Positions 39,953 to 55,599 of a stretch of 64,000 bases of DNA are shown one piece after another. The stretch lies in NCBI RefSeq assembly GCF_009914755.1, contig NC_060939.1; one strand, 5' to 3'. This DNA comes from the human T2T-CHM13v2.0 reference genome, Homo sapiens. The translations under genes and the position numbers were made by a program. The notes below the pieces were generated by a model. The model was not told where the DNA came from, did not search any database, and saw only the letters and a program-made list of their open reading frames with translations. Numbering within the stretch: position 1 is the first letter of the stretch; each line of letters starts with the position of its first letter.

Positions 39953-42759
39953 TGATGCCTGTCTATTTCTAAACATACAGAGTTGGTGGAGGCTGTTACT
40001 GAAACCCCTGGTGCTAAACACCCTGACTACATTGTCACTTGGGAGATTCTCTATGAGCTCCCAGATCTTAAATCCAGCCTGCCCCTTTGCTGCAGTTTGT
40101 GTGGCTGGACAGCTCCACTGGGCTTGATTTTCTGAGAGTGGCACCCAGAGGGGTGGGGGCAGGAGAAACAAAGTGACTTTGGCTCACAGTGGTCTAAACA
40201 TTGTCCAGAAAACTCCTTGGGTCTCCCAGGGAGCCTAGCTCCTGGTGCCTCCAGGTCTCTCTGGACTTCTTCCCTGGGGAAAGTCTAGACACGAGGAGAA
40301 TTCTCTGGCCTGGGGTTTCTTTGCTAATCACAGGCAAGGCAGGTTACTCATTAGCAAGCATCAACGTGCAATTCTCATCAGTTCAGGGGAGAGTTCAACC
40401 TGGATTGACAGCTGGGATCCACTGTATAGACACTCGGTCACAGGAAGTTCTCCCATACGTCTAACCTAAATCCTTCCTGCCACAGTTGAAGCCTGTTTCC
40501 TCTCATTCTGACTGTGGTGGGAGAAGGAGACAGCCGGTCATCATCCTCTGCTTAAGACCCAGCACCTACTTGACCATGGCAGTGGGATTCCTCCCCAGCC
40601 TTCTCCAGGGAACAGTGGCCTGCCTGCTCAGGCCGTTGTTCACAGTTGGCACCTGTCCCCCGACTCTCCCCGTTTCTTCCTCTGTGTCTGAGAGTATTTG
40701 AAACAGTACTTCCTGGTTCAGGATTGACCCTTCTTTCCAGGGAGTCTGCGGGGGAGCAGGGCCGATCTGAGTACAGCCCACTCCCAGGTTGCCCCAGCGG
40801 GAGAGAGTGAGGTGTGGCCCCATCCCCGCCTCGTGCTTGCTTCAAGTCCTGGGTGGCAGCTGGGATCAGAGATCAGAGGCTATGTGGAGAAATGAGGAAA
40901 GGTCAGGGTTTCTTCCAGGAGATGAATTGTCACTCAGTAGGGGGAAGGCAGAGGACACGCAAGGACCTGGGGACACCAAGGGATTGGGGAAATCATGGGC
41001 CTGGATGCTAATGGAAGGCCAGAGCCAGAGGAGGGGTGTGAGGCTGAGGGGGAAGGTGGGGCTGGGAGAGCTTCCCAGCTGGCAAAGGTCACAGAGGAAA
41101 TAGGTTTCAGGGATGGGCAACCAGTATCCTGAGAGGGGGCAAGAGGAGAGGACAGTGAGGTGAGCACGGCCAGGGTGGAGGATGAGCAGGTAAGGAAGCT
41201 TTTACAGGGGAAGCAAAACCTCAGGGTAGGGAGGCAGGTCCAAGAGGGTGGCTGAACCCCTGCTTTCAGCTCAGGCTCTGCCCCCCACCCCACCATGTCC
41301 TTCAGCACAAGTTCTCTTTTGCCCCAGTGACTCCCAGCAAGGCTTCGCCCTGTGCCCTCCATTCTCTGACCCTACAAGACCTCTTAGAGGCCTCTGAGCC
41401 CTATAGGATCCAGGTGGGGAGGCAAGGGCAGGCTCGGGCCAGGCCTCCCACCCGGGGGTCTTCATGCAAGGCTGCCCTGAGCCTTCCCTCCCTTCCCCTG
41501 AGCCTCCCTGCTTGCTGGCTAGGGTAGGGACAGGAAGGAGCTAGGGAAGGGGAAGCCGGGGGCTCTGGGAAAGTTGCTGCGGAGGCTGCCCTAAACCCTG
41601 GCCTGCTCCGTGGCTGGAAATACCCACTGCGTGGCTCCTGGCCCTAGCTTTCCAGGCATTCCCTGGGTTTGGCAAATGAAGCTGGGGCAGCTGCCGGGTC
41701 ACCGTAACTCTAGCCCTTGCAGCCAGGCCTATCTAGGCTTCTCCAGCTGGCAGGTCTTCACTCTGCCCCCTCTTCTTTCTCTCCTGCTGACCAGCACCCA
41801 GAAGGCCTGGAGAGAATGTCTGCCGGCCATGAGTCATGGTTAGAAGATGCTTCTCATGTGGCGAACCCTCAGCTTCTCTTCTCTTGGGCCCATGGTCTCC
41901 GCAGACCCAAGCTGTTCTCCTCCAGAAGAAGAGGGCCCAGTCCATACCAGTTACCGCAGTCCCAGGCATCTCCTGCACTGGGGCTTCTGAGAAGGCAAGG
42001 GAGACAGTCTGCAACTAGCCTAGGCCCTCGGGCTCCTGGGGAACATGGGAGGAGGAGAGGGGAGGCCCTCCTGGTCTTGTGAGAAGCAAGAGCAGGGACT
42101 CTGTCTCCTGCCAAGGGTCCCAACCACTTGGACATCCCTTCCTTGGCACATTTGGGTCATCAGTCATGAGCCATCAGCCAGTGGATGGTCCAGCCCGGTC
42201 AGTGTGCTGTCTTGGTGACACAGAGAGGGCTGATCTGCCAGGAGCTTCAAGGACCAGGGCAGAAGATGCCCCTCTTTCCTGCCACAGGTCTCAGCTCTGA
42301 ACTGCCACCATGAAGGAGGAGGGGTTACAATTTGAAACCTACACTTGGCCCTGGCAGGAGTGCCGTCTTGGTTTCCGAAGGCCAAGACTGTGAGCAGTTA
42401 GTTCCTCCAAACCTTCATATCTTCCCCAAACCCATTCTCAAAGCTCCAGTCTTCTCCCTCCAGTCAAGAACTTTGTCACACCCTCTTGCCACAAACAGGA
42501 CCTCCAACAGTTGGCTTTTTCCACAGGGTCCGGATCCCTTCCGAGCCCCACCTAGCTTTCCTCTCTTTTTTCCCCACCCTCTGCTCCTCATGCCTCATCC
42601 CTTATGAGCATTTGTCTGCGGTTCTCCTTTTTCCTTCATTTCCTTCTGGAACTCATTTGCAGTCAGGGAGCTCCCCTCCACTCTAAGTCTGCCCCTGACT
42701 GTCTGGATGTCACCTGGGGGAAAGGAAATGACTGTTTATTGGGTCCCATGAATGCATAA

Positions 42760-43424
<665 letters not shown>

Positions 43425-46400
43425 TGAGTTCTCAAGGCCACCACCAAGTCATCACCTTCCTCACTCCTCTCTCCAGTCTCAGGCCTGTTCTATGGGGAAC
43501 CCACTCTGTCCCGCGGGAAAAACCCTCAGCAGGCGGTTCCTTGTGGGGGCTCCAGAGAGAGGTGAAGGAGGCCACGCGGGGCACCGCCTGCTGAGCGGGA
43601 ATCCCGTCCCTAACCGCTGGCGCCCCTCGAGGGGAGGGGCGAGGGCGGAGGTGGTTCTGCTGCGGCATCTGTCCCAGGCGGGCGGGAAGCTGCTGCATTA
43701 AATTGTAAAATCGATTTATTGACCGGCAGGTGCGAGCAGCGGCAGATGGAGAGTAGCCCTGCCGGGGCGCATCTGCGGGGAGCGGCGGCATCGATCCCGG
43801 CCCCCCTCTGAAACCCGTCGGTCCTGGGCCTTTCTCGCCAGCTCACTCCCAATTGTAGGGCCAAGGTCCTTGAAACTGCGGCGCCTGAATGGCTAGGGTA
43901 GCTCGACTCCCTCCCCCAACACCCTCCTGGCCTCAGGCCCCGGGCTGCGCCCCCACGGCTGCCAGGCTCTGCCAGTCCCACTGCCCCAGTTGGCACGCGG
44001 CGGGCCGGGCTGACGCGTGGCAGCGCCCTGCGGCAGATGAGGCACGCGCCGGCCTCATTTCAATGTGAATGGATCGAATGGAGCAGCCATGTGGCAGCAA
44101 CAGTTTGCAAATCTCCACGCCTTCTGTGCAGCTCCCCGGCCGCCGCTCCCTGCACGTGGCCCCTTCTCCGCAGCGACCGCAGCGGCGCCCCTCAAGGCTT
44201 AAGCGCCCCGCCCAAGCCAGGCCTGCTTCCCCGCCCCTGGTCTGCCCAGCAGGCACGGTGGCCCGGCCCCCACCGCGCTCCTACTCGGGTGCAGTGTGCC
44301 CCGCGAAGAGCGCCGTCCCCTGAGAGGGGGTTGGGGAGAGGAGAGGCAAAACCGCGCTGAAGGTCTCGGAGCTGCGCCTGCGGCCGTGGGGAGGGCACAG
44401 AGGCTACGCTGCGGGGGAGGAGTCCCGAGGCTCTACGAGGCTCCTGTTGCGCCCCAATAACCTGGGGTCAGCTTGGGGACACCGCTGGAAGGCGACCTTA
44501 GCGCTTCCCGGTCCTCAGTGCCGGTTCTTATGGCTGGAGGACTATGCGCAATGGCCAAGCGTAGGGGGACAGCAGAAGCAGAAGGCCTCTAGGGGCAGAG
44601 GCGGTGGGCCTTTCATGAAGCCAGGCCTCGACCGTGCGCCCGCTTCCGACGTTGGGGAGTGTTGAGGGTGCGGGTCGAATTGAGGAACCCTGGGCCTGCG
44701 GAGGGTCAGTGGTCTTTCGGACTCTGGGTCTATCTGTGCACCCTTTCCATGCTGTTGTGGAGGGTCTGCGTCAGGGGCGGGGGCAGCCGACTTCGATGGG
44801 GGTCCAGCCCCACGGTGATCGGTGGCCTCCCATCCCAGGACCACGCGTGTAGCGTTCTTCCGCCCGCAAGTCCGAAAGTCCCGAGTGGGAGAAGAAGGAA
44901 GGCGCAGCCCCAGTTTTGGGCTGACAGAAACACTTGCGGCCTTCGCACTGGGCTCCCCACCCGCAGCATGACCCTCTCCTGCTCAGCAAATGTGGGCAAA
45001 GCTCGACCGCAGCGTGTGGGAGCGCTCGTAGGTACCCAGGGCCAAGGGTGGCAGTGTCCTAGCCCGGGAATGAGCTTCTGGGACAGCGCCTCCGCAAATA
45101 GGTGTTTCATGAATGTCTTTTGATGCTGAGAATTTAACCCTTTCCTCTTCTGGTCAGAGCCTTTCTAGATCTCTGGGATCTCCTGGGTGCTGCCTCTCTG
45201 AAGATAATAATCCCAACTTTTGTTTGGTCCTTGATAATTTGCAAAGTACATTTGGGCACATTAGTCTGGGCGTGTATGAGGGTAGAGAGTGTTCCAGATT
45301 TTCCAGTATTGGGAGAGATGCCTTGTGTGGGACTAGATGTCTCCCTTGAGGGTCAGGTAAGCAGGACCAGCGCCAGAAAAGGAGGATGTTTTTATTAACT
45401 CCTGGGCCAGGATTTGGAGTTGAGAGAGGACAGGGCTAGGTAGGGCTGGATGCCAGCTTGGAGGGGAGCAAGGGGCACCCGCTGGCATCTTAGAGAGGCA
45501 AGTCCAGGGATCCATAGGGTATAGGCGGAGAGAAGATCTGGGAGCCCACTTGCCAGGATCGCCGGGAGGCACGCCCCGGACTCCCCCTCCCTCGGGCCTG
45601 GGACTCCGCCTGCCCATAACCTACATTAACTCCCGAGCGCAGCCTGGGCCCATCTGCCGCCCCGCCCCACCTCGGTTCCCCACGCCAACCCGCTCGCGCC
45701 AGATGGTGGCTGGGAGGGGTGGCCGTGCGTGGGGGACCCCGGAGCCCGTCTCCTCACCTCGCCCCTCCCCCAACCCACGCTCCCAACCTCTTGTTTCTCA
45801 TCCTTCCCCCCCCCACCACACCCGTCCCCCAGTCCTCCACCACCACCACCCAACTCAAAAAAAAAAATCAGACCATGCTCGGCATTGGCAGCTGTTGGGC
45901 TTCTCGCCGCTCCCCCACCCTTACCGCCTCCCCCGGGTTCGCGCCGCGTCCCGGCTCCCCCCCCGCGCTGATCTTACCGCCCGACTACAGCCATCACCTC
46001 GCGGGCGGGCTGACAGCTGAAGCCACAGGGCCCCCGCTGCCCTCGGCGTCGCAAAGAGAGAGCTCCCCGGCACCCCTGAGACTGGGAGAAGCCGGCCCTC
46101 CCCGGTCTGCGGTCTCCGGGGATCACGCCGGGTTCCGAGAAAGCAGCTGCGCTGCTGCCGCTTGGAGGAGTGGGGCCACCCAGGGGACCCTCTCGGGCGA
46201 GACTTGGGAAGCCGCCTGAAACTCAAACAGCTCCGCAAGCCTCCAGTTCCACCCCACATCCCGCCTTATGAGGCGAGGACCCGGGCCGACCCGGCCTCAG
46301 TCCCTCACCTTGATTCTCCAGTGGCCTGAGCCAACTCTGGCGTCAGGAGAGTTCCTCCTTGCCCCAGCTGAGCGACAGGGCGCGGCCGGGGGCTTGGGGC

Positions 46401-47284
46401 TGCTGGGGTGGGGGGAGGCAGTGGGCGCAGGAACTGAAGCTGGACTCAGGTGAGGGGACGCGCTGGAGGCGGGGCCAGAACCTCATTACCATACAGCTGA
46501 GGACGCGCCCCCCTCCTACCTCCGGGACCACGCCCCGCCCTCCCCCACCTCAGGGACCGCGCGTCTGGGTCTCTGGCACGCGCCAAGCCCTGGCAGGGGG
46601 CAGAAGGGAGAAGGCACGCGCTGGGCACGCCCCCCCTTAGCTAGAGAGGGAGACGCCCAACAGGTGCACAGAGAGGGCCCCGAGCCTTAGACCCTTAGCC
46701 CCTAGCCTTGCTCAGAGTGGCCACAGAGAGGTTAACGCTTCTGCTGGCTTCCCTGCTGCGCTGGGGACGCGTGGTGGGTGGGCACTCATAGGTTGGGGGC
46801 CGTTGAGACAAGGGCTCCAGAAGCTCCAGGAAGGAAAAGGAGATCGGATTTCCCTAGCGCTGGTTTTTGCATTCCGGGCTTAAGTTCTTTTTACCTGCTT
46901 TGGAACACTAGGTAACTAGCGCCTGCTGCGGATGCACAGCCTACAGGGACTGCCTAGTGTCTCCGCCCCCAAGACCATCCCCGAACCACCCACTCACCTC
47001 CTGCCCCATTACCGGGCAACCCCTCTATCCTCCGGCGGCCAGGGTCTCAGCCCTTAACCCCGCCATCACGGAGGACTGGTCACCTCGGCACGCGCAGAGC
47101 TGGGGGACCTAGAGGTTGGGAGCGGCACGGAGGGGCGGGGACCTGCGCCCGACTGGCTGACGGGGAGGGGGGAGCGGCGGGGGCGGAGGCCCCCTCCGGG
47201 CGGCGCTGGGACTGTAGCAGCTAGAGGCCGGGAGGGGAGGGGAGAATGACCATGAGTCTGAGTGACAGGCGGCGAGGAGAGGAG

Positions 47285-47325
47285 CCAATATATATAAGGA
47301 AGGCCCCCAGCGCGCAGGTTTCAGT
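47285..47325 (+). promoter_or_regulatory. DLL4: DLL4 core promoter: TATA box (TATATAA 47291-47297) and initiator-like TCAGT (47321-47325)
   Basis: TATA lies about 30 nt upstream of the Inr A at 47323. An ATG-free GC-rich 5'UTR runs to 47651. Confidence 0.8.
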
Positions 47326-47651
47326 AGCGGCGCTGCGCGCAGGCCGGGAACACGAGGCCAAGAGCCGCAGCCCCAGCCGCCTTGGTGCAGCGTACACCGG
47401 CACTAGCCCGCTTGCAGCCCCAGGATTAGACAGAAGACGCGTCCTCGGCGCGGTCGCCGCCCAGCCGTAGTCACCTGGATTACCTACAGCGGCAGCTGCA
47501 GCGGAGCCAGCGAGAAGGCCAAAGGGGAGCAGCGTCCCGAGAGGAGCGCCTCTTTTCAGGGACCCCGCCGGCTGGCGGACGCGCGGGAAAGCGGCGTCGC
47601 GAACAGAGCCAGATTGAGGGCCCGCGGGTGGAGAGAGCGACGCCCGAGGGG

Positions 47652-47717
47652 ATGGCGGCAGCGTCCCGGAGCGCCTCTGGCTGGGCGCTACTGCTGCTGG
47701 TGGCACTTTGGCAGCAG
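47652..47717 (+). CDS. DLL4: DLL4 coding exon 1 (signal peptide MAAASRSASGWALLLLVALWQQ)
   Basis: ATG context gggATGG; donor CAG|gtaaca; 66 nt. Confidence 0.97.
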
Positions 47718-47829
47718 GTAACACGTCCCGCGCCCTCTCCGTCCCCTCTGCCGCGCTCTGGGCCTCAGCCCCGGGCACCAGCTGAGCTGACCGGTCCCCT
47801 CCCTCCTTCCCTCGGTCCCTGTGCAATAG

Positions 47830-48670
<841 letters not shown>

Positions 48671-48829
48671 TAGCTCGCTCCGCCACCACAGGGGGGCGAC
48701 ACGGCGCAGCGCCGAAAGAGTTAATCTGTTCTAGGCGGGGGAAGTGCGGGCTTGGGGGTGGGAGGCAGGACGCTTAGCTTGGCCTGGAGCTGCGCCCCGC
48801 GCTGGACGCTCGGATTCCGCTCGCTGCCT

Positions 48830-49060
48830 GGACTCAGAGCACAATTGCGTTTCCTGCGGGTTATTTTTGGCGTGGGAACGCGGGGAGTACGGCGGTGAGA
48901 AAGGCTGAAGCTGCCAGCGCCGCTGACGGGCCCCTTCCTGTATTTTACACCTTTCGCGAATTCCGCTCCTTTGGAAAGGGAATAATGGCTTTGGGATGTT
49001 GTTCTGACACAGAGGAAAAGGATATTTCAGCAGCACAACAATTCTCACTTTGAAAAGGAA
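48830..49060 (+). promoter_or_regulatory. DLL4: DLL4 intron-3 arterial/angiogenic endothelial enhancer core
   Basis: SOX CACAAT 48840-48845; ETS TTTCCTG 48850-48856; MEF2-like TTATTTTTGG 48861-48870; RBPJ CGTGGGAA 48871-48878; GTGAGAA 48895-48901; SOX AACAAT 49037-49042 abutting TTCTCAC. Agrees with the established Dll4 intron-3 enhancer (ETS, SOXF, RBPJ, MEF2). Confidence 0.85.
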
Positions 49061-49298
49061 AAAAGAAAACCATTACCCACCTCTGGAGGCAGAACCCCTG
49101 AATGGGCACCAAAGGACCCCCTGCTCCCAGGGTCCTCTCTAGCCTGGGGAGCTTTTCTTTCTTTTTCTCTTTTTTCCATTTTGACCTCTTTTCCTCTTTC
49201 CCCTCCCTATCTGCCTCCAAGACCCTGGGATATCTTAACATCCTTCTATTGTCCCCTTTTTGAATACTATCAGGCCCCCTGCACATGCACACACGTAG

Positions 49299-49835
<537 letters not shown>

Positions 49836-50047
49836 TGAAGAGTGGGTCTGGGCCTCCTACTAGCTGGGCCTCAGGGATGCTGAGGGTGGGCTTGACCTCA
49901 GACCTCCTATCTCTTCCCAGTGCTCCTCCCATCATGCCAAAGCCCACAAGAACCCCATCATGACATTCCATCCAGTTTGGCTTCTCCTTCCCTGTGCCAT
50001 TATTTCACTTTAAGACACTCGGGGCTCCTCTGGGAGGCCAGGAGTAG

Positions 50048-50215
<168 letters not shown>

Positions 50216-50222
50216 TGAGTAG

Positions 50223-50441
<219 letters not shown>

Positions 50442-51250
50442 TGAAGAGAGGGTGCAGAGGGTGCAAGAGATATGGGGCTGGGGGGTGGAAATCCGATTCG
50501 TCACCTGGATCCTTCTTACTTGGTGACTGCAGACTTGGCTTTCCCATGATCTTCCAAGGATCTTGGGTCTTTTAAGGATCTTTACAACTGGCCCAGAATG
50601 AGGCGGTGGGTCCTTCTCCAGGTGCGGCGGCAGGGGGTGGTGGAGCCAGGGTGGCTGAAAAACCCAGGGGGGTGACAAGGTCGGCAGCCTGGAGGTTGCA
50701 CTCATAAATCCTAGCAAAGCCAAAGAGAGAGGGATGGCAGGCTCAGTTCCTCTTTCAACCCCGTAGTTACCTATTAACCCCCTGAGTGTTTGCTTACCTT
50801 CCAGGGCTGTTTGAGCAGCTCTCCCCTAAACAGCTGTCTGGTGGGGTGTGCCCACCGGCCACCTGAGGCTGTGGGTGAGCTGGGCCTCTGGGCGGAGTGG
50901 CATCTAACCGACTTTTCGGTGTGGGCACAAACGGCCTCCCCTGCTCTTACCTAGTTACCACCTGCCTGAACCCATGCGGTCTCTACCTGGTGTTTAGGGG
51001 TAGTCACTCTCTGGCTATACAGGGGCCTTTCAGCCCCAACCTTGGGGGAGGAGGAAGCCTTTTTTCTTGCATCCTGCTAGCCAGCTGCAGCCAGCTGCAG
51101 CTCCCATTTTCAGGATCAAATGGGTGCACCTGCTGCCCAGAGACACCGGCGCAGGCCTGGGTAGGGTGGGCAGAGAGCTTGCCAGGGTGGAAAGAAATTG
51201 CCTAGGCCCTGACTTGCTGTCAACAAGGGGCTTGGGATTCAGTCCCTGTG

Positions 51251-51251
<1 letters not shown>

Positions 51252-51286
<35 letters not shown>
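51252..51286 (+). repeat. (TG)17 microsatellite in DLL4 intron 6
   Basis: Directly visible. Confidence 0.95.
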
Positions 51287-51287
<1 letters not shown>

Positions 51288-51815
51288 TGTCCCTTTACTA
51301 CCATCCCCACCCCAACACTCACACACCTGGTTCCTGCTCATTCTCTTCCCTCTCCACCATATTTGCTCCCAGGTGACACAGTCATATACTCATCATATGC
51401 AAACACAGCACTTGCAGGCCATATATTTACTCTGTCTGGTTCTCCCTCCCTGTCCTTCCCAAATAAAAAAACAAATACTTATATTTCAAAATACCCTTGT
51501 AACACCTCTTCCTTTAAAAAATGCCCGATTACTGCCTATGGTGGCTCTCATCTCTCCTCTACCATTTCTACCTGTTGAAATTTTATCCCTCCTTCCAGGC
51601 TTATCTCAGCTGCCCCTCCTCCATGAAGCCTTTTCTGACTTCCTCCCCGACATGTGGCCTTGCCCTCTGCTCTTCTTCCTTATCTTCATCCTACTTGGGT
51701 TGGCAGTTTGTGAGTTTCCCTGGCAGGACGTCTTCCAGTTCCAGTTGTGTTGTTTCACTTTTGGTTGACTGCACTGGTCATATGTGATTCAAGGTGCTTT
51801 AAGAAACATGATTTT

Positions 51816-52380
51816 CATCCTGGCTAACACAGTGAAACCCTGTCTGTATTAAAAATACAAAAGTTAGCCAGGTGTGGTGGCAGGCACCTGTAGCCCCAGC
51901 TGCTGGGGAGGCTGAGGCAGGAGAATGGCGAAGTAGAGCTTGCAGTGAGCCGAGGTCGTGCCACTGCACTCCAGCCTGAGTGACAGAGCAAGACTCCGTC
52001 TCAAAAAAAAAAAAAAAAAAAAAAAAAGAAACATGATTTTAGGCTGGGTGCGATGGCCTGTAATCCTAGCACTTTGGGAGGCCGAGGTAGGTGGATCACT
52101 TGAAGTCAGGAGTTCGAGACCATCCTGGCCATCCTGGTGAAACCCCTGTAAAAATACAAATATTAATCGGGCACAGTGGCGCATGCCTGTAATCCCAGCT
52201 ACTTAGAAGGTTGAGGTATGAGAATCGCTTGAACCCGGAAGGCGAAGGTTGTAGTGAGCCTATATCACATCACTGCACTCCAGCCTGGGCGACAGAGTGA
52301 GACTCTGTTAAAAAAAAAAAAAAAAGAAGGAAAGAAAGAGAAAGAGAGAGAAAGAAAGAAAGAAAGAGAAAGAAAAAAGA
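51816..52380 (+). mobile_element. 5'-truncated AluY-like element (51816-52025, 15-bp TSD) followed by a full Alu with a GAAA-type tail
   Basis: AAGAAACATGATTTT at 51801-51815 and 52026-52040; Alu consensus. Confidence 0.85.
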
Positions 52381-52487
52381 TTTTATTGGTGGTGGAGGAA
52401 GGATGTTTGGGCCTGGGAGACTTTGAGTTGAGGTGTCTTTGAGCCAAACATGGGGGCAAACATGGACTGCAAGGAGCCTGGAGGTGA

Positions 52488-52772
<285 letters not shown>

Positions 52773-52775
52773 TAG

Positions 52776-53147
<372 letters not shown>

Positions 53148-54119
53148 TGAGAGAGACTTCTGGTGAGGGAGGGTCAGGAGAGGAGCGAGGCATTGTCTGC
53201 CACTCTGGCCCCCCATCTGCTCTGGAGGGCGAAGAGCTTGCTTGATCAGCTGGGGGGCTGTGGAAGCGGAGCTGGTTAGTTGCACGCAGGCCTTAGGAGC
53301 AGGGGTGGTATGCACCCTGCATAGCTTCCATTCCTATTCCCATGTCAGAACCCCGTCCTGGCTGGGGTGGCCTCTGACCCTCCCCAGGAAGTCCTGAGCT
53401 GGAGAGAGGGATGTTGGAGGCTTCATGTTTCTCCTCAAAGGAGGCAGTGATTCAGTCAGAGCCCTGCTCCTGGAGGCCTCATCTTGCCCCGTGCCCAGGT
53501 AGAGCATGAGGTAGCATGAGGCATCTTGAATGTTTGCACCTTTTGAGGCACAAAGCCTGTTGGTAATCCTTGTCTATCTGGCTCCCAGGTGACCCTCTGT
53601 GAGGCAGGCAGGCAGGCAGCGCTCAGGAGCTGGAGAGGGGTGGGAAGGGCTGAGAGGGAGTCTGCTCTCTCACTGAAGCCTCTGGCACTGCCATTTCTTC
53701 ATCACTGAATGGGAAACTATAATACCTGTCCTCTGTCCTTCATGTGGTTGTGAAGATGAAGTAAAACAGTCATGATTGTACTTATCCGAGCATTAACTAT
53801 ATACCAAACATGGGCTCTTGCCTTCATGTACCTTCCCGGCTATCCTATGAAGGGGCTAGCATTCTACTCCAGTCTAACAAATGGGGAAACTGAGGCTTAG
53901 AGACACGGTTAAGCAGCAAGTGCCAGATCTCAGGCCACAGAGTGACAGCTGAGGTCCCAACTCAAGCCTATCTGTCTGATTCTACGTTAAAGTTCTGTAA
54001 GATGCTAGTCATTTTTATACATGAGCCCACTGAGGCCGAGAGAATCAAGGTCATGCTAAACTCCAGGTCTCCTGACTCTGTGCAGTTCTCTTTGTAGTGG
54101 GCTCTGCAGGTGGAGGTAG

Positions 54120-54917
<798 letters not shown>

Positions 54918-55236
54918 TGAGTGGCACCCAGAAGCCCAGGGCCTGGCCACCGGCCCCGACATGGTTCTGCCTAGGCTCCTCTTAGGCCAGGCGGGAAGCA
55001 GTTAAGCAGCTGAGGTTTTGTTACTGACAGGAAGATCCTCCAGTAGGATTTCTGTCAGGGGTCCTTTGTCCTTCCCTCCCATTCATTCATTTGTTCATTC
55101 ACACATGTCAAGTGTCCCTAGGGTGTCTCTTGTGACTTCCGTCTTTCCACAGTGTGGCTTGCCTCTAGTGGCAGCACTGGCTTTATGCAGGGCTCAGACC
55201 CTTCTGGTGAGGTTGGGAGGCCTGTGACTCTCTTAG

Positions 55237-55599
<363 letters not shown>

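Noticed and set aside
47285-47299. CC(A/T)nGG resembling a CArG box at the DLL4 TATA
   Set aside because: The A/T core is 11 nt rather than 6; better explained as CCAAT overlapping the TATA box.
47628-47651. In-frame GTG that could extend the DLL4 N-terminus by 8 aa
   Set aside because: Pyrimidine at -3, with a good-context ATG 24 nt downstream; no supporting evidence.
48871-48901. Possible Notch dimer (SPS) site with a 16-nt spacer
   Set aside because: The two RBPJ-type sites are head-to-tail, whereas an SPS requires head-to-head orientation.
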